Origin: Octopus bimaculoides
Taxonomy: Eukaryota
Direction of reading: 5' to 3'
Assembly: GCF_001194135.2 (NCBI RefSeq)
Contig: NC_069004.1
Coordinates: 49,805-88,629 of the forward strand
DNA: 38,825 bases
Within the stretch, counting starts at the first letter, position 1. Each line of letters opens with the position of its first letter. Positions 10,380-23,394 of the stretch are shown here, in pieces. The notes below the pieces were generated by a model. That model had not been told where the DNA came from and did no database searches. It saw only the letters and a program-made list of their open reading frames with translations. Made by a program: the position numbers and the translations under genes.

Positions 10380-10988
10380 TTCGTTCGTTCGTTATTTAGT
10401 TCGTTCGTTCTTTCGTTATTTCGATCGTTCGTTCGTTTCTCCGTTCGTTCGTTCATTATTTCGATCGTTCGTTCGTCATTTCGTTCGTTTTGTTGATCGT
10501 TCGTTCGTTCTGTTGGTCGTTCGTTCGTTATTTCGTTCGTTCATTCGTTCGTTCGTTATTTAAATATTTCGATCGTTCGTTCATGATTTCGTTCCTTATT
10601 TCGATCGTCCGTTCGTTATTTCGCTTCTTCTTTCGTTCGTTCGTTATTTCGTTCGTTCGTTTGTTTGTTCCTTATTTCGTTCTTTCGTTCGTTCATTCGT
10701 TCTTTACTTCGTTCGTTCATTATTTCATACGTTCGTTCGTTTGTACGTTAGTTCGTTCGTTAAATGAGGGATGAACGAATGAAAGAACGAACAAATTACC
10801 GAACGAATGAAATAACGAACGAATGAAATAACGAACGAACGAAATAACAAAGGAACGAACGAACGAAATATCGAACAAACTAACGAAAGAACGAACGAAC
10901 GAAATAACAAACGAACGAAATTACAAACGAAAGAACGGTCGAAAGAAAGAAGGATCAAGCGAAATAACGAACAAACGAATGTTCGTTC
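10380..10988. repeat. Degenerate (TTCG)n array followed by an inverted (CGAA)n array
   Basis: 10380-10761 is TTCG-rich; 10772-10980 is CGAA-rich; gttcgttc resumes before the 100-N gap. Confidence 0.9.
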
Positions 10989-11088
10989 NNNNNNNNNNNN
11001 NNNNNNNNNNNNNNNNNNNNNNNNNNNNNNNNNNNNNNNNNNNNNNNNNNNNNNNNNNNNNNNNNNNNNNNNNNNNNNNNNNNNNNNN

Positions 11089-11130
<42 letters not shown>

Positions 11131-11694
11131 TCGTTTTCTTTTGGTGCAAAGTCAGAAGTGAGATTTGCCGGTCCATATGTAATTTCCTTGTTGTTTCCTT
11201 CTTTTTTTATCCGTTTACGACTTCCTTCTTCTTCGTCTTCAACTTCTGCATATTTTTCTTATTTTCTTCTTCTTCCTCGTCCTTTCTTTTGTCGTCCCAC
11301 CACGACCACCAATTCCACCGCACGGGTCTGCAACTTTCTTACTGTCACCTCTTCTTCCCCCCTTCACTGTCTGCTTGTCACACATTCGATGCCCCTCTCC
11401 ACCCAGCACCTTTACTCCCTCCTTCTCGTCTATCCTCTCTCTCTCTCTCCTCCTCTATCTCTCTCACGACCTTCTGTCTGTGTGTCACAGCCAAACTTTA
11501 TTACTTATGGAAAACAAAAACAAAACAAAATAGATAAAAACATAAAATTAAGAAAACAACTCCAGCCCCCCCCCCCTCTTACGTTCGGAATAAAAAATAT
11601 AAAAGAAATAAATGAATAAGTAAAGAATGTAGCTGATGGCTTAAAACGGTGAGCTTTCGACCGAGGCCCCTGTCCCCGTTAGGACTCCCTTGAA

Positions 11695-11935
11695 CAGCGG
11701 TTCTCAACCATATTTTTACCATTGAACCCTTTTGATTCCCTCACAACCATTCCGTGTTTAAGAAATCCTATTGCATTCCCATAATTAAACATTATTAGAA
11801 ATTGGAATAAAAGAAAGATTGTTGAAGTATTTTGAGTTTTGTAGAAGGACGACCAAGTTTTTTGCAGATGAATTTTAACAGCAAAATCTTATATGGAACC
11901 CCTAGGGTCATGTGGACCGTAGCTGAGAACCACTG
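11695..11935. mobile_element. hAT-Charlie-like MITE
   Basis: TIRs cagcggttctcaac / gctgagaaccactg; degenerate 8-bp flanks cccttgaa / cgctagat (5/8 identical). Confidence 0.8.
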
Positions 11936-12423
11936 CGCTAGATATTGCGATGAAATCTCCCTCAAGGCCCGAAAAAGAGATGGCCAGATTGTGCGACCAG
12001 GTGGGGATTATTTGTGTTTTAGTAGGAAACACTCCTGAAGATCTCCTTGTTTAAGTTCAATGATAACAGCGTGAAACCATAGTGCGGAAGTAACTCAAGG
12101 CAATATACATACATACATACATGCATACATATATAGAAATATACATCTGCATACATGTATGCCTACAAAACATATATATGTGTATGGATGCTTATATATA
12201 TAGATAGATAGATGATTGCTTATACATTCATATACATAGATATGTATATCTATCTATCTATCTATCTATTTATCTATCTATCTATGCACATATATATACA
12301 TATATATGCGCGTGTGTGTATGTGTACATGCAGGCAAATTGTAGACATTCGGAATTAATCATCCACTGACATAATCAGTGACACACACACAGAAACGCAC
12401 AAATATACCTATGTATATGCATA

Positions 12424-12490
<67 letters not shown>

Positions 12491-12879
12491 ATAAAGATAC
12501 GTACACACACACATACACATGTATGTATATTGGGAATTAATCATCCAGTGATTTAATCTCTCTTTAAGTCAAAATGTCGAACCTTGACTTGACAGATTAG
12601 CCGTGTTATCTTTAGGGTTTTTCTAGCCACAAAATAATTCATAATTTACGTCACACACACACACACACACACACGCGCGCATAATAATCACTGTGTTTAT
12701 CTTTCTATTCAGTTATACACCATACACACATACATACGTACGTACGCTCGTACATACCTACATGTATGTATGTATGGTCTTAGAGCAGCCAATCGATGTT
12801 GTATGAGACATGTTCAGTTCCGACGAGTGCTGTACGTCAACAGGTTCAATCCATAGCCAAAGTGTGTTCGATCCACAGC

Positions 12880-13130
12880 ATTCTGAAAAGGTCTCATTTA
12901 TCGATGGTCCCGCGTTCTCTCTTGAACCCTAACCCTAACACTCTCTGACCGAAGAAGACCCTGCTTGAGATGTGTAGTGAGGCTGTTGAGCAGCAAAGAG
13001 ATCATGGTCGTGTCTAGGATGGAAAGAAGGGAATTCCACACATGCTTGACCGTTTCTTTTGCGTTCGGAACTGTGAGTGCATCCTTGCAATCCCGAAGAA
13101 CCATCCCATGCTGCCATCACTCTAGAAACA
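12880..13130 (-). mobile_element. RTE-clade LINE reverse transcriptase fragment (N-terminal RT region), decayed
   Basis: Reverse strand gives DCKDA...LLNSLTTHLKQGLL.SE...RGTID, matching the RTE pattern DFKDA..LLNRL..HLEQGLLPESQCGFR..RGTID. Confidence 0.75.
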
Positions 13131-13159
13131 AAGATAAAAGACGTTCCGACCAGTTGCTT

Positions 13160-13420
13160 CTCAGCAGATTGCTTCGTGGCAGCAAAACACGGACTTTCCG
13201 AACCGCCTTCCTACTGTGCACCTTAGAATAATTCTTGGCATCAAATGGCAGGACATGATTCCTGATACAGAATTCCCCAGCTTCCACACGATTCTGATGC
13301 AGTCACAGCTGCACGAGGTAGATCACGTGGTTCGCATGCCACCAGACCATTGCCTCTCAAGGAAGATGGGGACATTTTTGCCAACCCCAGCTTATTAAAC
13401 GCTTCCAAAGAGGCCCGAAA
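13160..13420 (+). mobile_element. RTE-clade LINE ORF2 C-terminal fragment, decayed
   Basis: LLRGSKTRT...LRIILGIKWQDMIPDTE..SFHTILMQSQL...HVVRMP.DH matches RTE LLYGSETWT..LRRILGI.WQD.IPDTEVL..QLRW.GHV.RM.D. Confidence 0.8.
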
Positions 13421-14337
13421 ATGCACTACGAAGACATTTACACACTTACACACACACATTCACACACACACACACATTCACACACAGATTGGAGACTCAT
13501 TAAGCAAAGTTGAACGAAATATATCTGTGCTTATATGCAATGCACACACGTATACGCATATACATATATACACGTATATACATCACAACATATGCATAAA
13601 TAAATACGTTCCATGCACACACAGGCATACACATTCAGATATGGATATACACGCGTGTATGTGTGTGTGTGAGTATCCATAATTATGTATATATAAGCAT
13701 ATATATAATACGCACAGAAACCCACGCATATGCACATGTGTGTTATGTATACACACATACACACATACGCATAAATATATAAACACATACGTTAGTATTT
13801 ACATTTAAACGTTCACGTAGGCACACACCACCTTACATGTATAAGGAGGATGCGTGGGGGGGGGGGCATGCACATCATGCCTCTCGCATCTGCCTCTCAC
13901 ATACTGCATACTCTATACACGTTCTCTCTCTCTTTCTCACGCACACACACACACGCATACACACACACAGCTACGTATGTACGCACGCACGCACCTACGC
14001 ACAGACGCAGCACTCACCTCCGCTAACTACCAGACTATGTAAACCTCAAACCTCAACAGCAGCCGACAAGTACCCGGCTACCTTTGCCACCCGCGATTCT
14101 TCATTTAACCTATCGACACTCACCTCAGCAAACTCATTCTTTGCTCACTACAAACTTGCTATCTGCCACCCACCACTTGTTAATTATATATTACACACAC
14201 ACATACATACATGTGTGTGTGTGTGTGTGTGTGTGTTTGTGTTTATATCTATGTTACCATGTGTATGTATATATNNNNNNNNNNATCTATGTTACCATGT
14301 GTATGTATATATATTTATTTATATATCTATCTATCTA

Positions 14338-14371
<34 letters not shown>

Positions 14372-14465
14372 AATATAGATATATGTATGTATATATGCAC
14401 ACATGTATTTATCCATAAATGTTTAGATCTATGTTACCATGGATACGTATGTGTGTATATGTATT

Positions 14466-14635
14466 CTTTATTCTTTTATTCTTTTACTTGTTTCAGTCAC
14501 TTGACTGCGGCCATGCTGCAGTACCGCCTTGAAGAGTTTTAGCCGAAGAAATCAAGTCCAGGACTTATTCTTTGTAAGCCTAGTACTTATTCTATCGGTC
14601 CTTTTTGCTTAACCGCTAAGTTACGGAGACCTAAA
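14466..14635 (-). mobile_element. SINE family A 3' part, cut by a gap
   Basis: (TTCTTTTA) tail plus cttgtttcagtcacttgactgcggccatgctg core. Confidence 0.85.
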
Positions 14636-15530
14636 NNNNNNNNNNNNNNNNNNNNNNNNNNNNNNNNNNNNNNNNNNNNNNNNNNNNNNNNNNNNNNNNN
14701 NNNNNNNNNNNNNNNNNNNNNNNNNNNNNNNNNNNNNNNNNNNNNNNNNNNNNNNNNNNNNNNNNNNNNNNNNNNNNNNNNNNNNNNNNNNNNNNNNNNN
14801 NNNNNNNNNNNNNNNNNNNNNNNNNNNNNNNNNNNNNNNNNNNNNNNNNNNNNNNNNNNNNNNNNNNNNNNNNNNNNNNNNNNNNNNNNNNNNNNNNNNN
14901 NNNNNNNNNNNNNNNNNNNNNNNNNNNNNNNNNNNNNNNNNNNNNNNNNNNNNNNNNNNNNNNNNNNNNNNNNNNNNNNNNNNNNNNNNNNNNNNNNNNN
15001 NNNNNNNNNNNNNNNNNNNNNNNNNNNNNNNNNNNNNNNNNNNNNNNNNNNNNNNNNNNNNNNNNNNNNNNNNNNNNNNNNNNNNNNNNNNNNNNNNNNN
15101 NNNNNNNNNNNNNNNNNNNNNNNNNNNNNNNNNNNNNNNNNNNNNNNNNNNNNNNNNNNNNNNNNNNNNNNNNNNNNNNNNNNNNNNNNNNNNNNNNNNN
15201 NNNNNNNNNNNNNNNNNNNNNNNNNNNNNNNNNNNNNNNNNNNNNNNNNNNNNNNNNNNNNNNNNNNNNNNNNNNNNNNNNNNNNNNNNNNNNNNNNNNN
15301 NNNNNNNNNNNNNNNNNNNNNNNNNNNNNNNNNNNNNNNNNNNNNNNNNNNNNNNNNNNNNNNNNNNNNNNNNNNNNNNNNNNNNNNNNNNNNNNNNNNN
15401 NNNNNNNNNNNNNNNNNNNNNNNNNNNNNNNNNNNNNNNNNNNNNNNNNNNNNNNNNNNNNNNNNNNNNNNNNNNNNNNNNNNNNNNNNNNNNNNNNNNN
15501 NNNNNNNNNNNNNNNNNNNNNNNNNNNNNN

Positions 15531-15563
<33 letters not shown>

Positions 15564-17560
15564 AATGCATACATGTGTATAGCCACATATGTTTTCGCAT
15601 GTATATTCATACTCTCACTCACACTCTCTCACTCTCTCTCTCTCACACACGCATGTATGTGTGAGTGTGTGTATATGTCTGTTTTACTCCCTCACGTTGC
15701 TTTACATACTCACTCTCCGCGCTAATTCTCCACTCTTTCACTCACTCTCCTCTTCCTCCTCCTCTTTGAATATTACAACTACAACCACCACCTCGACTAT
15801 AACAACTACTACCGCCACCATCACTACATTACAGAATCACCAACACTACACCAGAGGCCTCCATACTCCACCACCGCCACTACAGTCACTACCACGCTAC
15901 CACTACCACCACTAGTACTACCTCCTCCACCCTCTCTACCACTGCGCCATCTCACCGTGATTCTACACCACACCCTCTACACAACCACCGCCACCGACAA
16001 GACGTAGCAGACATCAACAGATCAATCCTGCAGACATCCCATTGTTTAGCACTGAGCGCTAATGATAATGACACATGTTAGGGTGGAGGCAGCGGTGGAG
16101 GTGGGTGGTGATGGTGGTGGTGTTTGAATGGAAGTGTAGTGGTATCCATGGTGTTGTTGTTGTTGTTGGTAACGGCGGTGGAGGTGGTGGCGGTAGGGAT
16201 GAAGATAATGGTGGCGGTGGAATTGATGGCTGTGAGGATGTAAGAAAGTAGGTGGTGGTGATGAGAAGGGTGGTGTTGGGCGAGGTTACGGGGCTGGGGG
16301 TGATTGGGTAGTGGCTGTGCAGTGGTTGTTGNNNNNNNNNNNNNNNNNNNNNNNNNNNNNNNNNNNNNNNNNNNNNNNNNNNNNNNNNNNNNNNNNNNNN
16401 NNNNNNNNNNNNNNNNNNNNNNNNNNNNNNNNNNNNNNNNNNNNNNNNNNNNNNNNNNNNNNNNNNNNNNNNNNNNNNNNNNNNNNNNNNNNNNNNNNNN
16501 NNNNNNNNNNNNNNNNNNNNNNNNNNNNNNNNNNNNNNNNNNNNNNNNNNNNNNNNNNNNNNNNNNNNNNNNNNNNNNNNNNNNNNNNNNNNNNNNNNNN
16601 NNNNNNNNNNNNNNNNNNNNNNNNNNNNNNNNNNNNNNNNNNNNNNNNNNNNNNNNNNNNNNNNNNNNNNNNNNNNNNNNNNNNNNNNNNNNNNNNNNNN
16701 NNNNNNNNNNNNNNNNNNNNNNNNNNNNNNNNNNNNNNNNNNNNNNNNNNNNNNNNNNNNNNNNNGTGGTAGTGGTTTTGGTATTACTGGTGTTGGTGGT
16801 TATTCTGATGGCAGTTGTGATGATAGGGGTGAAGTGTTGTGAGGGGTTTCCGTTGTGGTGGTGGGTATGGATGTGGTGCTGCAGGGGGGACGGTGGTGGT
16901 AGAGGCAACGGTGGTGGAAGTGATGGTGGTGGAGTGACAATCAGTGTGGGAGCGATGATGTTAGAAATGCTTGTTGTTGTTTGACCCTTGGTCAATCTAA
17001 AGAAACGGATCCATGATCAATGACCGTCCAATAAACAAAAATGTTGTGGTTTTACGAATATCTGTGATATTTCTTGACAATAGCCTTTAATATATTCTGC
17101 AGTTATTCTCATATGTGATGGCATTGTCCGATGTAACTTGAGTGGTTTTTAGAATGTTGCACCGTTTGCAGATTCATGCATGAAACGTTATGGCAGCAAG
17201 TATGAAAAATTTCTTAAGACCTACCATACAATAATCTCAAATGAAAGCATTCGCCTCGCTAGCAGGTTATATGTCTAATAGTAAAAAAAAATTCAACTTT
17301 CAATGCCAATATAACGCACACCAACATTCCATTGTCCAGAGGATGCGACTACGAGAGTCTAGAAAGGATGATGATACATTCACGAACAAACTCACAAATG
17401 CACCTTGATAAAGAAGATAACATTTGATGATACATACGCACCCCTCTCCCATATATATATATATATATATTTACACTTGTATGAAATATTGAAATACTAA
17501 AAAGTACAATCCGTCTATTTATTCTTGGAAATTGCATTGTTTTGTCTTTACAAATATATA

Positions 17561-17602
<42 letters not shown>

Positions 17603-18387
17603 TGTACATATATTTATAATTTATTATATATATNNNNNNNNNNNNNNNNNNNNNNNNNNNNNNNNNNNNNNNNNNNNNNNNNNNNNNNNNNNNNNNNNNN
17701 NNNNNNNNNNNNNNNNNNNNNNNNNNNNNNNNNNNNNNNNNNNNNNNNNNNNNNNNNNNNNNNNNNNNNNNNNNNNNNNNNNNNNNNNNNNNNNNNNNNN
17801 NNNNNNNNNNNNNNNNNNNNNNNNNNNNNNNNNNNNNNNNNNNNNNNNNNNNNNNNNNNNNNNNNNNNNNNNNNNNNNNNNNNNNNNNNNNNNNNNNNNN
17901 NNNNNNNNNNNNNNNNNNNNNNNNNNNNNNNNNNNNNNNNNNNNNNNNNNNNNNNNNNNNNNNNNNNNNNNNNNNNNNNNNNNNNNNNNNNNNNNNNNNN
18001 NNNNNNNNNNNNNNNNNNNNNNNNNNNNNNNNNNNNNNNNNNNNNNNNNNNNNNNNNNNNNNNNNNNNNNNNNNNNNNNNNNNNNNNNNNNNNNNNNNNN
18101 NNNNNNNNNNNNNNNNNNNNNNNNNNNNNNNNNNNNNNNNNNNNNNNNNNNNNNNNNNNNNNNNNNNNNNNNNNNNNNNNNNNNNNNNNNNNNNNNNNNN
18201 NNNNNNNNNNNNNNNNNNNNNNNNNNNNNNNNNNNNNNNNNNNNNNNNNNNNNNNNNNNNNNNNNNNNNNNNNNNNNNNNNNNNNNNNNNNNNNNNNNNN
18301 NNNNNNNNNNNNNNNNNNNNNNNNNNNNNNNNNNNNNNNNNNNNNNNNNNNNNNNNNNNNNNNNNNNNNNNNNNNNNNNNNNNNNNN

Positions 18388-18420
<33 letters not shown>

Positions 18421-18691
18421 ACAAATATATACATATATATATATATGCAGGTATGTACATTGTATGTGTGTACACGTGTGTGTGAGTGAGTGTACATATG
18501 TATGTGTGAATGAACGAACGCATATATGCACTCGCCTGCTTTCATTACATTGCTAAATTCTTGTTCAAGTACGCAATAACTCTGCACGTCCGTATGTGCC
18601 TGCATATATATATCTATCTATCTATCTTTATGTATGTATGTATATATAGCTTTGGACTGATAAATCGATACATTAGTATGAATAGGTTTAC

Positions 18692-18723
<32 letters not shown>

Positions 18724-18835
18724 ATATATATATATATATATTATATATATATATATATATACATACATACATACATACATACATAAATATTATACCGGCC
18801 ATACATATATATATGTACATACTTAAGTATATATA

Positions 18836-18886
<51 letters not shown>

Positions 18887-19020
18887 ATACATATAGACAC
18901 GCGCGCACAAACACACTCACTGAATGCTGTTGTCTATTGTCTTTCATGTTATTTTACAAAGACACGTACTTAAATACACACTCGTTCACACGTATTCATC
19001 TTCTGCGCTCAAATTTTCAT

Positions 19021-19056
<36 letters not shown>

Positions 19057-19705
19057 CCAAGGCTATGTTCTTATATATTTCAGGTAATAATTTTCCGGCT
19101 GCAATTTGTGGTGTTTAAATAATTTATTTCAAAATTATTCTAATAAAACTATTTTTAATTTTCGTTGCCCTCTCCTAAATGACAGCCTTGTTGTTGTTGT
19201 AGGTTACGGTGGCGATTGTGATGCTGATGGTCGTGATGGTGTCGGTGGTGTTTAGGCCATGTCACCTCTGAATCAAGAATTCCCATGATCGAAGGCATTC
19301 CAGCCATGACCATCCCGTCTTCTATTTGTCCGAAGAATTTTACATTACAAAACGTTTCCTTTCTCTTTTAGAAATGTTGTTAAGAAAGTGAGGAGGAAGA
19401 GAGTCGCTGGTCGAGGGACTTATTCACAGCCTCCCTCGACGTTGACTTATTCTTCTCTCTCATGGCTACTTCGGCAAATATGATGAAGTTCAGAAATTAG
19501 CTGATGTAGAAACATGTCAGCAGTTCGTTTCCAGTACTGACCGGAATGTCTAAAATACTTTATATCCCCTACTTTTGAGTTTCCAGATGCATCGGGACAG
19601 AGACGCTGGGTTGTGTTTCACCACCACCACCACTCTCACCAATATACCCACAAGCATTACAGCTGCTTCTACCACCAATGCCTTTGCCACCAGCACAACC
19701 AGTTA

Positions 19706-19860
19706 TTCTACCACTACCACTACTTCGACCACTACCTCTAGCACAATAACCACCACTACCACTACTTCGACCACTACCTCTAGCACAATAACCACCACTA
19801 CCACTATTTCGACCACTACCTCTAGCACAATAACCACCACTACCACTACCACTTCTACCA
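19706..19860. repeat. 42-bp minisatellite (~3.5 copies) within a degenerate (ACC/ACT)n region
   Basis: The unit accactaccactacttcgaccactacctctagcacaataacc repeats with 1-2 substitutions. Confidence 0.9.
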
Positions 19861-20514
19861 TCATGATTACTACTACTACTACTACTACGACGACGACGAC
19901 GACGACGACGACGCAATAACACCACAACCATTACCACTAACATCACCAGAAGATAATGGAAATTAAGAAGAGGAGGTGGATGAAGAAGAAGAAGAAGAAT
20001 GTGGTTAGCACCATAAGCAATGGATGCCACTGACTCATTCACATACACACGCACGTAAACACACACACACACCTGGCTCTGCAGCTCAAAACATATGACA
20101 AAAGCCATGCCCTCCCTTTCACCCCCACCCTTGTCCCGGGCTTTTTCTCCATTCCCTACCGGAGGAGGAAGTAGAAGGGGGCAAGTAGCACGTGTGGGTG
20201 ACAGAGTGCAGTGTTTGTTATATAAAACTTCCATTTGGACAATAAGAAATTCCTGGAATATGTCTAATGCAATCGCGGAATCCTTCTGAAGACAGAGAAT
20301 GGTAGGAGAAAAAGTTCTGAAGAAATTAAGTTCTACTTATTTGCTTTCCAACTCAGTCACATACTCTCTCTCACTCTCTCTCTTTACGTGTATATGTTTG
20401 TATATACATATAATATACATAGTACGTATGCGAGCATATATATATAGTGATTATATACATCTATATATATAGATGTATATACATATAATATAAACATACA
20501 TTTGTCTATCTATC

Positions 20515-20551
<37 letters not shown>

Positions 20552-20719
20552 ACATATGTATACATTACTACATACATACATATTTATCTCTGTCCATCAA
20601 TCAAGCTATCTACCTTTAATATCTCTCTGTATCTCCTGTATATTTGCAAATACACACATACACATATGCAAAGCTGAGTTCCTACTCTTTAAATACAAGA
20701 GGTAGACGCCTATCGCCCA

Positions 20720-20950
20720 ATCGCTCATATTTCAGAAACGGTCAAAAGTCCCCGTATGGCGGGTTCTCCGATTCTGTCACTGGACGGGACGCAGATCCGT
20801 CGCAGGGTTGCTCATTGTTGCTAACTGAGTGGACTGGAGCAACGTGAAATGAAGTGTCTTGCTCTAGAAAACCACGCATCGTCCAGTTCAAGAATCGAAA
20901 CCGCAATCTTACGACCACGTGCACAACACCCTAACCACTGAGCCTCGAGC
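20720..20950 (-). mobile_element. tRNA-derived SINE (third family)
   Basis: gctaactgagtggactggagcaacgtgaaatgaagtgtcttgctc...ccctaaccactgagcc; homologous to 28690-28860 and partly to 24300-24415. Confidence 0.75.
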
Positions 20951-21080
20951 ATCCACCCTTTCCAATTTAAAGGGATATAATCTTTCAAATTTTCGTAAAC
21001 ACCAGCAAGTTTGAGGGGGACAAGCATATCGATTACATCGATGTACACAATTCTTTATTCTGTATATTTTTCATTTTGTC

Positions 21081-21460
21081 TTGCCCGCTAAGGTTCTGGA
21101 TAATCTTCCAGTTTCATCAACAGTGCAAAAATAGGTCAGTGAATTTAGGAGGGGAAGGGAGAGTCATGAAGATGACCCAATGTCTGGACGTCTTGCGACT
21201 GCCACCGCAGAGAAAAAAAAAACAGGAACCGTGTTCACTCCATGTTGATGGGTGACAGGCGATTGACTAAAACAGCAAAGAGCCAACGCTTTTAGCTTAT
21301 CCCAAAAGAGAGTTGAGCTTGGTATGACAAAAGTTTCTGCTCGGTGAGTGCCACCCCTTCTGACACCTGATTAAAAGCGCACCAAGCTGGTCACATCCGA
21401 TTCAGCTGGTTTCCTTGCATATTTCCTTACCGAGAATGAATGTTGGCTTCGTCATTGAGT
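21081..21460 (+). pseudogene. Mariner (Tc1/mariner) transposase fossil: HTH region to the start of the catalytic domain
   Basis: Decayed frames give STVQK...EFRRGRES.EDDP.SGR.ATAT.E...RV..M.MGDRRLT...LGMTKVSAR*VP.LLTPD*KRTKL...T.NECW. This is a typical mariner sequence with the first catalytic D mutated to N, plus stops and frameshifts. Confidence 0.88.
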
Positions 21461-22344
21461 TCAATGACTGTAATAAGTAAAAAAAAAACCATAAAAGGTA
21501 TATATTCTTAGGCAGACGAAAAACCGAACCGGTTGGTCACAGTTGGGATGTCTTTGATTATGAGTCTGCTCAATCAGGTCTGGACTGAACATTTACATGA
21601 AAAAGAGAAGGAAAGAATTGAACCCGGGAAGCAAAAGTAGGTTCACTAATAGCTTATCAGCCTGTAGGATGGCATACTGGCACACAACTCCATCCACCCG
21701 GCACTAGAAGAGCGCTTCGAGTACCACTCTTCCCATACCCACATGCACCCGAGCCAAGATATAAAAGTGACAAGAGAAAATAGAATAAAATTAGGGAACT
21801 AAAACAGAAAGGAAATTAAGGAACCTGTTTTGAATTCGCCAATTATTTGATAAGGATTACCACAAGAGGTATGCCTTGTCTGTGTGTGTGTGTGTGTGGG
21901 GGGGTCGTATGTATGCATACGTGTATACATATATAAGTATATGTATATATGTATAGATATACTATAAGAAGAGATGATGATAGGAAAAACACTGGTTATG
22001 TTATGAACTTCATTAGCTTGCAGCTGTTTCTGCTACAAGATGCAAGCGACTCGAAGATGAGTGTCTGAGTAACATCCGAGAACTTCATCGAATATGAAGT
22101 TCAATTTATTTGAGGACAAAAGACTTACATCTTTGCAATATACAGAGAAAGTCATTGCTGATGTATAATAAGAAAAGTGTGTCCAAAAAGGCAATTAGTT
22201 TCACAGAGAGAGAGAGAGAGAGAGAGAGTAGGAAAAACAGGGGGGAAATATATGTATGCAAGTGTGTGTGTGTGTGTGTATACATATATATATGTATACA
22301 AGTATGCGCATGTGTATAAGTGTATGTATGTGTGTATGCATCTC

Positions 22345-22390
<46 letters not shown>

Positions 22391-23394
22391 AACAGTCAGA
22401 CAGGGATGGGTAAGAGAAGGAGGCGGTAGAAGAGGAGGAGGAGGAGCTGTATTTTGGTCAATTCTTCCAGTCGTTGCCTTCTCTTTGGCAGAATGAGAAT
22501 TCATTTTTATTTTCTGCTTTTCATCTTCTGGAATTATAAGATAGAGGGGGGGGCTCATACCCCTCTCCCTCTACACCCTGAGACTCCAATGGGTAATTTG
22601 AAGGTTAGTTAAGTTGGTAGGGGTTCTTGGGAGGAGATGAACTGGAAATACACATTTTTTGTACGTATTTTTTGTTTTTGTGTTTCATTATCATTATTGA
22701 TTTCTTTTTCTTTTTTTTTTAATGCTGAATGAGTGAGGACGAGGGTGGGGATCGCATGGGGTGGTGGCATCCCGTCTCTCACATTATTTTCACTGATAAT
22801 CTCTTCATACTCACACCAGTTTACGACCACGACCACCATCACCATCACCACCACTACCATCATCATCATCGTCAACACCATCATCATCATCATAGCCATC
22901 ATCCACCTCATCATCATCATCACCACCACCACCATCATGATTACCTCACCCCGCTCCCCACCCGCCATCAACATCAGTACTGTCAACATCATCATCGTAG
23001 TAACTACCACCACCACCACCACCACCCTCACCGACGCTACCGCAGTCTTCTTGCCACCTCCGCATCCCCCCTGCCCATCCTTCTCCCCTTCCTCCTATCT
23101 CCTCCTCCTCCCACAACACAAGTAACTGGTGTCAGTTTGTGAGGAGAGCTCGTGTCAGTCAGTATCCGTGGCCGAGATTTATGAGTCTCTCAAGCTATCA
23201 TTAGGTGTCACCCAGCAGCTATTATTAATTATCATTAAGTGTCACTTCAACTCCGCTCTTCGCCGTCACTCAAAAATCTCCTCCCATAATTACCATTTGT
23301 TTGGGTTTTCCTTCTTGTTTTTTTTTCTTTGTGGGGGTGGGGGGCATGGTTGGAGGTTACTTTCACCTTCAGCGATGAAGAGGAGGGAAGATTT

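Noticed and set aside
10380-10988. CRISPR-like array
   Set aside because: Eukaryotic degenerate tetranucleotide repeat with no unique spacers and no cas genes.
12926-12940. Interstitial telomeric repeat
   Set aside because: Only about two TTAGGG units, inside a decayed LINE; not significant.
14246-14312. Direct repeat atctatgttaccatgtgtatgtatatat on both sides of a 10-N gap
   Set aside because: Probably unmerged overlapping contig ends, i.e. an assembly artefact.
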